A DNA stretch of 64,000 bases. Source: an uncultured Alphaproteobacteria bacterium. GTDB taxonomy: Bacteria > Pseudomonadota > Alphaproteobacteria > Rhizobiales > Beijerinckiaceae. Both the position numbers and the translations under genes were made by a program. Of the stretch, positions 24,817 through 37,736 are shown piece by piece (position 1 is the first letter of the stretch; every line of letters begins with the position of its first letter). Under the pieces are notes generated by a model. That model saw only the letters and a list, made by a program, of their open reading frames with translations. It made no database searches and had not been told where the DNA came from. Where the stretch lies: assembly GCA_963701405.1 (NCBI GenBank), contig CAVPAB010000002.1, forward strand, positions 472,229 to 536,228, given 5' to 3'.

Positions 24817-26643
24817 ATGAGCGTTGAGGCGCACGAGAACGGCCCGATCGCAAAGCCAGCGCCTTCAGGCGCGGCGCGCAGGAGCCTGCGCGTGCGCACG
24901 CGCCCCTTCCGCCGCGCGCTGGTTGCGCCGTTCTCGTCCTCGCTCACACGCCGCATCGTCTTTTTGAATCTCGGCGGCCTCGCGCTGATGCTGATCGGGT
25001 TCATGTACCTCAACCAGTTCCGCGAGGGGCTGATCGAGGCGCGCATCCAGAGCCTGAAGACGCAGGGCGAGATCATCGCCGCGGCCGTCGCCGCATCCGC
25101 CACGGTCGAGACCGACGCCATCCGCATCGATCCCGAGAAGCTGCTGCAGCTCGCGCCCGGCGAGAGCTACGGCCCCGGCGAGGATGACGATCCCGCGCTC
25201 GAGTTCTCGATCAATCCCGACCAGATCGGCCCCGTCCTGCGCCGTCTCGTCGGCCCCACGCGCACGGTGGCGCGCATCTACGATCGCGAGGGCTACCTGC
25301 TCATCGATTCCCGTTCGATGACCGAGCGCTCCACGATCCTGCGCTTCGATCTCAGCGCGCCCGACCAACGCCCCGCCTCGTGGACGCGGCGCATGATCAC
25401 GCAGTTCAAGAACATTTTCGGCGGCGCCAATCTGCCGCTCTATGAAGACATCGGGCTCGCGAACGGTCGCGCCTATCCCGAAGTGCAGCGCGCGCTGACG
25501 GGGGAGGCGCAATCCATCGTGCGGGTGAATGCGCGCGGCGAGACGATCGTCTCCGTCGCCGTTCCGGTGCAGCGGTTCCGCGTCGTGCGCGGCGCGCTGC
25601 TTCTGTCGACGCAGGGCGGCGACATCGACAAGATCATCGCCTCGGAACGCTGGGCGATGATCCGCGTGTTTCTCGTCTTCGCCGGCGTGATGCTGATCGT
25701 GTCGCTGTTCCTCGCCGGCACCATCGCCGAACCGATGCGCCGTCTCGCGGACGCCGCCGAGCGCGTGCGCCGGGGCATCAAGTCGCGTCAGGAAATTCCC
25801 GACTTCACGTGGCGTCCCGACGAGATCGGCCATCTCTCGGGCTCGCTGCGCGACATGACCAAGGCGCTCTACAACCGCATCGAGGCGATCGAGAGTTTCG
25901 CCGCCGACGTCGCCCACGAACTCAAGAACCCGCTGACCTCGCTGCGCAGCGCGGTGGAGACGCTGCCCATCGCCCGCACCGAGGAATCGCGCGCGCGCCT
26001 GCTGGAGGTGATCAAGCACGACGTGAAGCGCCTCGACCGCCTCATCAGCGACATTTCCGACGCCTCGCGCCTCGACGCCGAAATGGCGCGCCTCGACGCC
26101 GCGCCCGTCGATCTCGTCAAGCTGGTGCGGGCCGTCATTGACCTCGCCAATGAGTTGAAGCGCGACGACGGCGTGAGGTTCACGCTGGATATCGCTCAGG
26201 GCGGAGATCTGGGCGCGTCCGCCTACATGGTCATGGGCCACGATTCCCGCCTCGGCCAGGTGGTCAACAATCTCGTCGACAACGCGCGCTCGTTTTCGCC
26301 GCGCGGCGGCAGCGTGCGCCTCGCCCTGCGGCCGGCCCGCGGCGAACCGAAGGAAGGCGACGAGCGCGATCCCGCGGGACGCGTGGGCGTCGAGATCATC
26401 GTTGACGACGACGGGCCGGGCGTTCCCGCCCATGCCTTCGAGCGTATATTCGAGCGCTTCTACACGGATCGTCCGGAGCAGGGTTTCGGCCAGAATTCCG
26501 GCCTTGGCCTGTCCATCTCGCGCCAGATCGTGGAAGCCCACGGCGGCGCGATCCGCGCCGCCAACCGGACGAAGCCCGACGGAAGCCCCGCCGGCGCGCG
26601 CTTCACGGTCTGGCTGCCGACCATCCCTCGGAGCGGGCGATGA
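24817..26643 (+). CDS. chvG: Sensor histidine kinase ChvG/ExoS
   Basis: SSLTRRIVFLNL; ADVAHELKNPLTSLRSA; FGQNSGLGLSIS. Confidence 0.95.
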   Translation: MSVEAHENGPIAKPAPSGAARRSLRVRTRPFRRALVAPFSSSLTRRIVFLNLGGLALMLIGFMYLNQFREGLIEARIQSLKTQGEIIAAAVAASATVETDAIRIDPEKLLQLAPGESYGPGEDDDPALEFSINPDQIGPVLRRLVGPTRTVARIYDREGYLLIDSRSMTERSTILRFDLSAPDQRPASWTRRMITQFKNIFGGANLPLYEDIGLANGRAYPEVQRALTGEAQSIVRVNARGETIVSVAVPVQRFRVVRGALLLSTQGGDIDKIIASERWAMIRVFLVFAGVMLIVSLFLAGTIAEPMRRLADAAERVRRGIKSRQEIPDFTWRPDEIGHLSGSLRDMTKALYNRIEAIESFAADVAHELKNPLTSLRSAVETLPIARTEESRARLLEVIKHDVKRLDRLISDISDASRLDAEMARLDAAPVDLVKLVRAVIDLANELKRDDGVRFTLDIAQGGDLGASAYMVMGHDSRLGQVVNNLVDNARSFSPRGGSVRLALRPARGEPKEGDERDPAGRVGVEIIVDDDGPGVPAHAFERIFERFYTDRPEQGFGQNSGLGLSISRQIVEAHGGAIRAANRTKPDGSPAGARFTVWLPTIPRSGR

Positions 26644-27134
26644 GCGGCGCGCCCGCCTCCACAGGCGATCCGCAGCTCGTGTGCGTCCACGGCACGGCGG
26701 CGGTCGTCGGCGAGGCCGGCGTGCTGATCCGAGGCGCCTCGGGAGCAGGGAAGTCCAGCCTCGCGCTCGCGCTCGTCGACGCCGCCGCCGCCCGCGGCCT
26801 TTTCGCCCGCCTCGTGGGGGACGACAGGATTCTCCTGCACCACGCCAGCGGCCGCCTGATCGCGCGTCCGCACGCGGCCATCGCCGGGCAGGTGGAGCGT
26901 CGCGGCCAGGGAATCGGCGGGGTCAGCCACGAGGCCGCCGCGGTCGTGCGCTGTCTGGTCGATATCGGCCCGGAAATGGGAGCGCCCGGCGCGCCCGCCC
27001 GGATGCCCGCCATCGGCGCCGATTGCGCGACGCTGGAAGGCGTGGACCTGCCCCGCCTCGCCCTGCCGTCCGGACTTCACCCTGCCGAGGGGGCGAGACT
27101 GGTGCTGGATTATCTCACCCGGAGGGGCCTGTGA
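26640..27134 (+). CDS. hprK: Short-form HPr kinase/phosphorylase
   Basis: VHGTA; GASGAGKS Walker A; LVGDDR; follows chvG. Confidence 0.88.
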   Translation: MSGAPASTGDPQLVCVHGTAAVVGEAGVLIRGASGAGKSSLALALVDAAAARGLFARLVGDDRILLHHASGRLIARPHAAIAGQVERRGQGIGGVSHEAAAVVRCLVDIGPEMGAPGAPARMPAIGADCATLEGVDLPRLALPSGLHPAEGARLVLDYLTRRGL

Positions 27135-27175
27135 GCAGCATGCCCGGACGCGCCAATTTCGCTTGCCAATTCTTC

Positions 27176-27187
27176 CGCGATGCACAA
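27176..27187 (+). promoter_or_regulatory. PhaR-like box inside the putative manX promoter
   Basis: CGCGATGCACAA (11/12 match to TGCRNYGCASMA), between TTGCCA (27163) and CAAAAT (27185). Confidence 0.4.
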
Positions 27188-27257
27188 AATGGCCGCCCTT
27201 GCGTCTGCTCAGGCGACGTCTGCTTGCGGGAGGCAACTTGAAGGACGGTCGGGTCCC

Positions 27258-27659
27258 ATGATCGGCATGGTCCTGGTGACTCACGGTCACCTGGCGACGG
27301 AATTTCGCTCCGCCCTCGAGCATGTGGTCGGCCCGCAACCTCAATTGCGGACCGTCACCATTGGTCCCGAGGACGATATGGAGCGTCGCCGTTCGGACAT
27401 CATCCAGGCTGTCCATGACGTGGACACCGGGCAGGGCGTGGTCGTGCTCACCGACATGTTCGGCGGAACGCCCTCCAATCTCGCGATTTCGGTGATGGAA
27501 GGATCGAAGGTCGATGTCGTCGCCGGCATCAACCTGCCGATGCTCATCAAGCTCGCTTCGGTGCGCGAGGACGCGACGCTCGACCAGGCCGTCCTTCAGG
27601 CGCAGGATGCGGGCCGGAAATACATTTCCGTGGCGAGCCGGATCCTGAGCGGAAAATGA
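27258..27659 (+). CDS. manX: PTS EIIA mannose-type component
   Basis: MIGMVLVTHG; LTDMFGGTPSN; GINLPMLIK. Confidence 0.92.
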   Translation: MIGMVLVTHGHLATEFRSALEHVVGPQPQLRTVTIGPEDDMERRRSDIIQAVHDVDTGQGVVVLTDMFGGTPSNLAISVMEGSKVDVVAGINLPMLIKLASVREDATLDQAVLQAQDAGRKYISVASRILSGK

Positions 27660-27986
27660 CCGACGACAGCGCGATGCCCGATTGCAACGAACCCGACGCC
27701 GCCCGCCGCTCCCGGCGCACTCGTGCGTCAGTTTCCGATCATCAACCGCAAGGGCCTACACGCACGCGCGACGGCGAAGTTCGTGCAGTGCGCCGAAGAA
27801 TTCGATGCGCGCGTCACCGTCACGCGCTGCGGCGAGACGGTGGGCGGCGACTCGATCATGGGCATCCTGACCCTTGGCGCGGGCATCGGCACGTCGATCA
27901 CGGTGGCCGCGACCGGCGTGCAGGCGAAGGAAGCGCTCGATGCGCTCGAAGCGCTCGTCGCCAACCGTTTTGGCGAGGACGAGTAG
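27656..27986 (+). CDS. hpr: HPr/NPr phosphocarrier (5' frameshift likely)
   Basis: IINRKGLHARA; SIMGILTLGA; NRFGEDE. Confidence 0.9.
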
Positions 27987-28172
27987 TCCGCCGCCGCTTC
28001 CGCGCCGCTTTCCGTCGCAGCCCGGGATCGTCCGATCATCCTCCATCTGCTGGAGCGAATGCCTTTGCTCGGGGCGCGCCCACGGCGCGCATCCGAGTAA
28101 CTTGCCGGCTGCTTTCGCAACGATCCTCGTGCTGCGCCGGGCAAGCAAATGCAGGACACAAGGTCCTGAGCC

Positions 28173-28204
28173 AAAAAAGCCCCGGCATCACGATGCCGGG
28201 GTTT
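28173..28204 (-). terminator. Terminator of the DUF1254 gene (possibly bidirectional)
   Basis: AAAAAA-GCCCCGGCATC-ac-GATGCCGGGGT-TT on the + strand. Confidence 0.75.
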
Positions 28205-28225
28205 GCCGTGTTTGCCTTGGGGAAA

Positions 28226-29743
28226 TCAGTTCTGGAGCGTGATCTCACCGGGCTTCCAGCTACCGTTGAACCATGGTTCAAGCGGACCATACAGCCGCAG
28301 GATCATGAACCAGCCCTTGCCGGGAATCGTTTCGACCCAGTTGCTTTCCATTCCATTCGGCGATTTGGGTCCGAAATAGACATCGACCGAACCGTCGGCG
28401 TTGACCTTCACGTCCTTGTTCTGGCTGGACACGCTCGGCGCGGACTGGTTGGTTTGCAGCATTGATCGCGTCTGGTTGTCGTAAACGATGACCGACCAGA
28501 AATCCTTGACGGGCACGCCTTTGGGAAGCGTCAGCTTGTAGGTCCTGCCGCCATCGAACGGCTTGCCGTCGGCGTCGAGCGCCGCCCACGGATATTGCGA
28601 GCCCTGTCCGACCATCTTCTCTTCCATCGCAGGCGTCACGCCCGTGGCGAAGAAATAGTAGAAGGCCGCTCCGTCAAGGTTGGACACGCCCGGCTGCGAT
28701 TGGAACTTGTATCCGCCGAAGAACGGCAGCCTCCAATGGCTCTTGCTGTCGGGATAAAAGTACGCATGGCGTCCGCGAATGTCGAAGGCGAGCGAACGGG
28801 CCGTAACCGCGCCGATGTTTGCGGCGTCCGTGAGAATCGCCTTCATCCGCTCGTCGGGAGCGAAGGGCTTTCCCTTCTCGATCCCGATCGCCGCGAACAT
28901 GCCCAGCGTCGTCGGGTCCGAGCCTTCCGGCGGCTCCTCCTGGATCACCTTGTTCAGGAGTTCCCAGAACGAATAGTCGGTCGGCATGACGAAATTGGCC
29001 GGGACGCCGGAGGCGTTCACCAGATTGGCCCGCTGCGGATTGTCCTTCTGTGCGAGCGGATAGATCTTGAGATTATTCCGCACTCCCTCGACGCCAGGCT
29101 CGGGCTTCCCGTCGACGAGGAACGAGCGGAAGACAGTCCACATGCCGTACGTCGTCGGGCGAACAACGATGTAGCCCTCCGGCGTCTCGCCCGTGTATCC
29201 GGGCGGCAGGATCAGGTATTTCCCGCCCGCCCCCTTGTCCGGGCCGGTCAGGCCGACATCGATGACCCACTTGTACCAAAAGTCGTTGATGGTCCCGAGC
29301 ACCCTGGGAGGGATCTCGACGACCAGCGGGCCGCCCTTGGTGTCGATCCAGATGAAACTGTAGATCGTGTTGTCGTTCGCGGTCAGCTCCACCGTCCGCG
29401 GATCGACGAGCTTCTCCCAGATCACGTTGGTTCTGTTCACGGGGCCGAACTTGAGCAACGAGTCCCGCATTCCGGCCTGGTTCACGATCGGGATCGCCAG
29501 AAGGTAAGCCTGCAGCGCGCGCGAGCGGTCGAGATTGTCCCATATCTTCTGGATGGTTTCCGGCGTCGGAACGCCATCTTTCAACCTCAGCGCGCCGATG
29601 GACGACTCCATTGCATCAGGCGTCGCCACTCCGGGCGCTACGGGCGTGGTCATCTTGTAGGTTTGCGCCCCGGCCGGTGAAGCAAGGCCCGCGGCCGCGA
29701 CGCTCATCAGAACGCTTGCGGCAAAAAATGCGTTTCTTATCAT
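28226..29743 (-). CDS. Secreted DUF1254/DUF1214 domain protein
   Basis: Signal peptide; LTANDNTIYS; GPDKGAGGKYLILPPGY; FWSVIVYD; NADGSVDVYFGP; LRLYGP. Confidence 0.88.
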   Translation of the reverse strand: MIRNAFFAASVLMSVAAAGLASPAGAQTYKMTTPVAPGVATPDAMESSIGALRLKDGVPTPETIQKIWDNLDRSRALQAYLLAIPIVNQAGMRDSLLKFGPVNRTNVIWEKLVDPRTVELTANDNTIYSFIWIDTKGGPLVVEIPPRVLGTINDFWYKWVIDVGLTGPDKGAGGKYLILPPGYTGETPEGYIVVRPTTYGMWTVFRSFLVDGKPEPGVEGVRNNLKIYPLAQKDNPQRANLVNASGVPANFVMPTDYSFWELLNKVIQEEPPEGSDPTTLGMFAAIGIEKGKPFAPDERMKAILTDAANIGAVTARSLAFDIRGRHAYFYPDSKSHWRLPFFGGYKFQSQPGVSNLDGAAFYYFFATGVTPAMEEKMVGQGSQYPWAALDADGKPFDGGRTYKLTLPKGVPVKDFWSVIVYDNQTRSMLQTNQSAPSVSSQNKDVKVNADGSVDVYFGPKSPNGMESNWVETIPGKGWFMILRLYGPLEPWFNGSWKPGEITLQN

Positions 29744-29824
29744 CGTGTTTCCCCTCTGCTCAACTTCGTCTAACTAGACGGTAGATGACTTCTTGCGGGA
29801 TCAGTTGCGATTTGGGGACACTCG

Positions 29825-30838
29825 GTGGCCGGACATGGAAAGCAGACCGCATTGCAACGGGCGGCCTCGCTGATTTTGCTTCCGTCCTTGTTGGCGGAGC
29901 TTGGGGTCGGTTTGGACGCGGTGCTCGAAGGGACCCGCGTCACCCGGGACCAGTTGCGGCCGGACTCCTTCATTCGGTACGCCTCGTATGTTGCGGTCCT
30001 TCATAATGCGGCCATTGCGACCGGTCGGGACGATATCGGGTTAATGCTGGGGCGGCGGCAGACGCTGGCCGCACTTGGACCGCTGGGCAACGTCATGCGC
30101 CACGCTGCCACTCTGGGAGAGGCGCTCGCCGAGTTCACCAAGTTCCAGATCAACAATTCGACAGGAGGCGCCGTCTATCTCATGCGCGCGGACCGAGACG
30201 TCATTCTCGGTTACGGGGTTTATGACCCGTCGATCCGCGTCTCACCTCACATACAGGATATGGTTCTCGCAGTCGGCTGCAATCTCATCGCCGAACTCAC
30301 CCGGGGCGCGGTCGGTCCCGACGAGATTTTCCTGTCGCGGCCCACTCCGAAAGACCCGGGTCCCTATCAACGCCTCGCCGATTGTCCGGTCCGTTTCGAG
30401 CAGATCCAGACCGCCTTGCTGCTGCGGGCGTCAAAGCTCGCGTTTCCACTGCCGGAGGCGAACAGCGATTTGCATGACCGGGCAGGCGCGAGCCTTGTTT
30501 CAGTGCTCGAGAGCCCGCGCGGAGAGGTTTCCGGACATGTTCGGCATCTGCTTCGCCCCCTGCTGCTGGCGGGCCAGGGGAGAATGGAGGACGTGGCCGA
30601 CCGGCTTGGAATACATCCCCGCGCGATGAGGCGCCGCCTCCAGATGGAGGGCGCAACGTTTGAAGCGATCAAGGACGAGGTTCGTTATGCAGCTGCGCGC
30701 GAACTCCTTTTGATCCGCGCGCTCAGCATCACCGACATCGCCCTCACCCTCGACTATTCCTCCGCGAGTTCGTTTGTGCACGCCTTCCGAAGATGGACTG
30801 GCGCGCCACCCGGGGTGTGGCGGGAAAATGCGAGGTGA
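29825..30838 (+). CDS. AraC family regulator (N-terminal ligand domain plus C-terminal HTH)
   Basis: VADRLGIHPRAMRRRL; IALTLDYSSASSFVHAFRRWTGAPP; divergent from the DUF1254 gene. Confidence 0.9.
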   Translation: MAGHGKQTALQRAASLILLPSLLAELGVGLDAVLEGTRVTRDQLRPDSFIRYASYVAVLHNAAIATGRDDIGLMLGRRQTLAALGPLGNVMRHAATLGEALAEFTKFQINNSTGGAVYLMRADRDVILGYGVYDPSIRVSPHIQDMVLAVGCNLIAELTRGAVGPDEIFLSRPTPKDPGPYQRLADCPVRFEQIQTALLLRASKLAFPLPEANSDLHDRAGASLVSVLESPRGEVSGHVRHLLRPLLLAGQGRMEDVADRLGIHPRAMRRRLQMEGATFEAIKDEVRYAAARELLLIRALSITDIALTLDYSSASSFVHAFRRWTGAPPGVWRENAR

Positions 30839-30871
30839 CGGGAACCATGCTCATCGAGCTTCCCGCGCGCC

Positions 30872-31837
30872 TCAATCCTTTGTCGCCAGCATCACCTTGT
30901 ACTTCGCGATGTCGCTCGTCACGAGATTGCGCACGTAATCCGTGGTCATTTCACTTGCGCTGGCTGGCGTGGAGCCCAGTTCGTTGAAGCGCTTGCGAAC
31001 CGCCGGGTCGTCCAGGGACGCGCGCAGCGCCGCGTTCAGGCGGTCTATGACAGGCTGCGGCGTCTTCGCAGGCGTGAAGATGGCGTTCCAGCCCTCGGCG
31101 AGGAAACCGGGAAGCCCCCCTTCCGCCGAGGTCGGCACATCGGGGAGAATTTCCAGCTTTTCGCGCGCCGCCACCGTCAGGCCGCGCACCTTGCCCGCCT
31201 GGATCGAGGACGCGACCGATGTCGCGGCGTCGCATACGCCGTCGACATGGCCGCCGAGCAGGTCATTGAGCGCGGGCGCGGCGCCCCGGTAGCTGACGAG
31301 CGTCACCTGCACCTGAGCGGCGGCGACGAACGCCTTGCAGATGAGGTAGTTCGAAGAACCGACGCCGGCGTGGCCCAGATTGATCTTGCCGGGATTGGCC
31401 TTGGCGTAGGCGACGAACTCCGCCAGCGTCTTGGCGGGGAAATCGTTCCTGATGGCGAGCACCGGCGCCGTCTTGGCGATCAGCCCGACGGGCGTGAACG
31501 ATTCGGTCGTGTATTTCACGTCCGGCGACAGCACATAGGACGCCGCGTTCGTGCCGGTGTTGCCGATGAGGATCGTATAGCCGTCGGGCGCCGCCTGCGC
31601 CGCGCGGGTGAGCGCGATGACCCCGCCCGCGCCGGCGACGTTCTCGTTGATGATCGTGCGGCCCAGATGCTTGCCCATGGCCTCGCCGATGACGCGCGCA
31701 ATGACGTCGGACGTGCCGCCGGCGGCGAACGGCACGATCATGGTGATGGTGCGCTCGGGATAGGTCTGGGCGAATGCGGCGCCTGCCGTCAGAAGGCCTG
31801 CTGCGGCCAGGGCGATGGTCTTTGCTGCGCGAGACAT
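30872..31837 (-). CDS. Bug/TctC tripartite tricarboxylate transporter substrate-binding protein
   Basis: YPERTITMIVPFAAGGTSD; ENVAGAGG; YRGAAPALNDLLGGHVD. Confidence 0.93.
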   Translation of the reverse strand: MSRAAKTIALAAAGLLTAGAAFAQTYPERTITMIVPFAAGGTSDVIARVIGEAMGKHLGRTIINENVAGAGGVIALTRAAQAAPDGYTILIGNTGTNAASYVLSPDVKYTTESFTPVGLIAKTAPVLAIRNDFPAKTLAEFVAYAKANPGKINLGHAGVGSSNYLICKAFVAAAQVQVTLVSYRGAAPALNDLLGGHVDGVCDAATSVASSIQAGKVRGLTVAAREKLEILPDVPTSAEGGLPGFLAEGWNAIFTPAKTPQPVIDRLNAALRASLDDPAVRKRFNELGSTPASASEMTTDYVRNLVTSDIAKYKVMLATKD

Positions 31838-31914
31838 GGGCTTCCCCCGTGGGTTTTTTGCTTTCCACGGCAGTTTGCGTGCAGACCGCGCGCGCGGCAA
31901 GCGCAACCTTTCGC

Positions 31915-33573
<1,659 letters not shown>

Positions 33574-33711
33574 GTCAGTCCCCATTCCCTCGCTATGCCC
33601 GTGAAGACTAGCCTCAAAGGTGGCAAGAAAAGGTTGCCGCAGCCGGTCGGGTTCCCAACTCCGTGCGGTCTCCCCTTGCGTTGGCGTCCGCTTTCCCCGA
33701 CATAGCGGGGC

Positions 33712-35536
<1,825 letters not shown>

Positions 35537-35620
35537 GGCGCAACGGGCGCCCTGTAGCTTCTTCGCTCGCGCGGCGACCCCTTGCCCCCTCGCGCCCTTG
35601 CCCCTATCCATGCGCCGAAT

Positions 35621-35953
35621 ATGGAGACCCCCGTTTTGTCGAACGACAGCCTCTTCTTTCTCTGCAAGACGTCCGATCTCGCGCCCGGCTCGGTGCTGAA
35701 GGTCGAGCGGCCGGAGGGCGCGCTTGCGGTCTACAACCTCGAGGGCGAATTCTTCGCCACCGACGACCGCTGCACCCACGGCCTCGCGAGCCTCGCCGAG
35801 GGCGAGATCATCGACGGCGAGATCGAGTGCAACATGCACTTCGGCTCGTTCGACATCCGCACCGGCGAGCCCCGCCAGGCGCCCTGCAGCGTGCCGGTGA
35901 AGACCTACAAGGTCGAGGTGCGCGGCGACGACGTCTTCGCGCTGGTGGGCTGA
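35621..35953 (+). CDS. Rieske-type [2Fe-2S] ferredoxin
   Basis: DDRCTHGLASL...IECNMHFGSFDIRTG; about 110 aa. Confidence 0.9.
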   Translation: METPVLSNDSLFFLCKTSDLAPGSVLKVERPEGALAVYNLEGEFFATDDRCTHGLASLAEGEIIDGEIECNMHFGSFDIRTGEPRQAPCSVPVKTYKVEVRGDDVFALVG

Positions 35954-35969
35954 GGCGGGAGGGGCGGGC

Positions 35970-36389
35970 ATGATCAGGATCACCCGCTCCATCTCCATCG
36001 ACGAAAGCGAGCTGCAGGAGAGCTTCGTCCGCGCCTCCGGGCCGGGCGGGCAGAACGTCAACAAGGTGGCGAGCGCCGTGCAGCTGCGTTTCGACGTGGC
36101 CAATTCGCCATCGCTCCCTGACGATGTGCGCGAGCGGCTCGCAGCCCTCGCGGGACGGCGCCTGACGAACGAAGGCGTGCTGATCATCAGCGCCGACCGC
36201 TTCCGAACGCAGGAGCGAAACCGCGCCGACGCGCAGGAGCGCCTCGTCGAACTCATCCGGCAGGCGGCGGTGCGGCCGGTGAAGCGCATCGCGACCAAGC
36301 CGTCCAAGGCCGCGAAGGCCAGGCGCGTCGATACGAAAAAGCGGCGCGGCGACATCAAGCGCCATCGCTCGGGGCCGATCGGCGACTGA
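35970..36389 (+). CDS. arfB: Alternative ribosome rescue peptidyl-tRNA hydrolase ArfB
   Basis: RASGPGGQNVNKV; RTQERNR; basic C-terminal tail. Confidence 0.95.
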   Translation: MIRITRSISIDESELQESFVRASGPGGQNVNKVASAVQLRFDVANSPSLPDDVRERLAALAGRRLTNEGVLIISADRFRTQERNRADAQERLVELIRQAAVRPVKRIATKPSKAAKARRVDTKKRRGDIKRHRSGPIGD

Positions 36390-36494
36390 AAAGCGTGCCG
36401 GATTTGCAACGGGTGTTGCCCGCTCTCCACAGTCTTGAACGCGGCGGGGCCTTATACTCGGCGAAAATTCACCTCGAAAACCCGTTCAGCGGTC

Positions 36495-37736
36495 ATGAAC
36501 AACACGGCCAGGCGCCCGATAGACGATCCAGCAGCAGGCGCAGCCGAGTTTCTCATGCGCCTGGGCATCGCCGTGCTCATGATCGCCGGCCCGGTCGGCG
36601 CGCTGGCCTCCCGCCGGCTCATGGTCGCGTTGGTGCCGGTGGGCGCCGCCCTCATGATTGCCTCGGCGCTCATCGCGCCCCGGCGGGGGATGCTCCGGCC
36701 CCTGCAGGAGGCGCTCGCCTCGCCGCTGGGGATCAGCGCCATCGCCCTATTGCTGTGGATCGGCGCCTCCATCCTGTGGACGCCGTATCCGGTCATTGCG
36801 GCGGAGCGCTACTTCAAGCTTCTGGGCATGATCTCGATGGTGACCCTCGCCATCGCCATCCTGCCGATGCATGTGCGCACGCCCAATCTCAACCTCCTGC
36901 CCATCGGGCTGGGGGCAGCGTGCCTCGGGCTGCTGGCGCTGGTTCCGCCCGGCCTCATCGAGACCCGCATTCTCGAAGGCCCCGAGCCGGGCGTGATCGA
37001 GCGCGTGGCGATCGCCGCCAGCGTGCTTCTATGGCCCGCGCTGGGCGCTCTCGCCGTGCGCGATCGCTGGATTTCGGCGGGCGTGCTCGCGGTCGTGGCA
37101 ACCGCCGCCATTTTGCTGGTGCGCACGCCGCCCGCGTTCGGCGGGCTGGCCGCCGGGGCGATCGTCTGCGCCTTCGGGCTCGCGGGCGGGCGCCGGTTCG
37201 CGCAGTTTCTCGCCGTCGTCTTTGTCGTGCTGCTGGTCGCGGCGCCTGCGTTCGCGATCCTGGCCCAGCGCTTTGCGCCGATGGCGGGCATCGAGCACCT
37301 GCCGCTGATGCGCTCGTTCACCGTGTGGGCGGGCATGATCCCCGAACAGGGATTGCGCACCTTCACGGGCTACGGCTTCGACGCCGCCGCGCGCGGCTAC
37401 CTGACGGGCTATGTGCCGTTCGGCGCGCCGCGCGGCGCGATCTTCCAGATGTGGTTCGACATTGGCGCTTTCGGCGCGGCGCTGGCCGCGTTCATCGTCG
37501 CGCGTGTGGTCGCGGCCGCCGGCGCCGCGCCGCCGCCAGCGTCCGGATTCCTTCTGGCGACCGTGATCTCGGTGGTGTCGATCGGCGCGTTCAGCGCCAT
37601 CGGGATGCAATTGTGGTGGCTGACCATCGTCGGCCTCGCGGCCATCGCCAGCGCGCTGTTGCTGAAGGGCCAGTACCGCACGGCGCGTCCGGCCGCCGAA
37701 TTCGTCAGGGGCGCGCCGCCGAGCCCTGCGGTTTGA
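36495..37736 (+). CDS. Polytopic membrane protein, O-antigen ligase (Wzy_C)-like
   Basis: About 12 TM; periplasmic-loop motif FTGYGFD...QMWFDIGAFG. Confidence 0.55.
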   Translation: MNNTARRPIDDPAAGAAEFLMRLGIAVLMIAGPVGALASRRLMVALVPVGAALMIASALIAPRRGMLRPLQEALASPLGISAIALLLWIGASILWTPYPVIAAERYFKLLGMISMVTLAIAILPMHVRTPNLNLLPIGLGAACLGLLALVPPGLIETRILEGPEPGVIERVAIAASVLLWPALGALAVRDRWISAGVLAVVATAAILLVRTPPAFGGLAAGAIVCAFGLAGGRRFAQFLAVVFVVLLVAAPAFAILAQRFAPMAGIEHLPLMRSFTVWAGMIPEQGLRTFTGYGFDAAARGYLTGYVPFGAPRGAIFQMWFDIGAFGAALAAFIVARVVAAAGAAPPPASGFLLATVISVVSIGAFSAIGMQLWWLTIVGLAAIASALLLKGQYRTARPAAEFVRGAPPSPAV

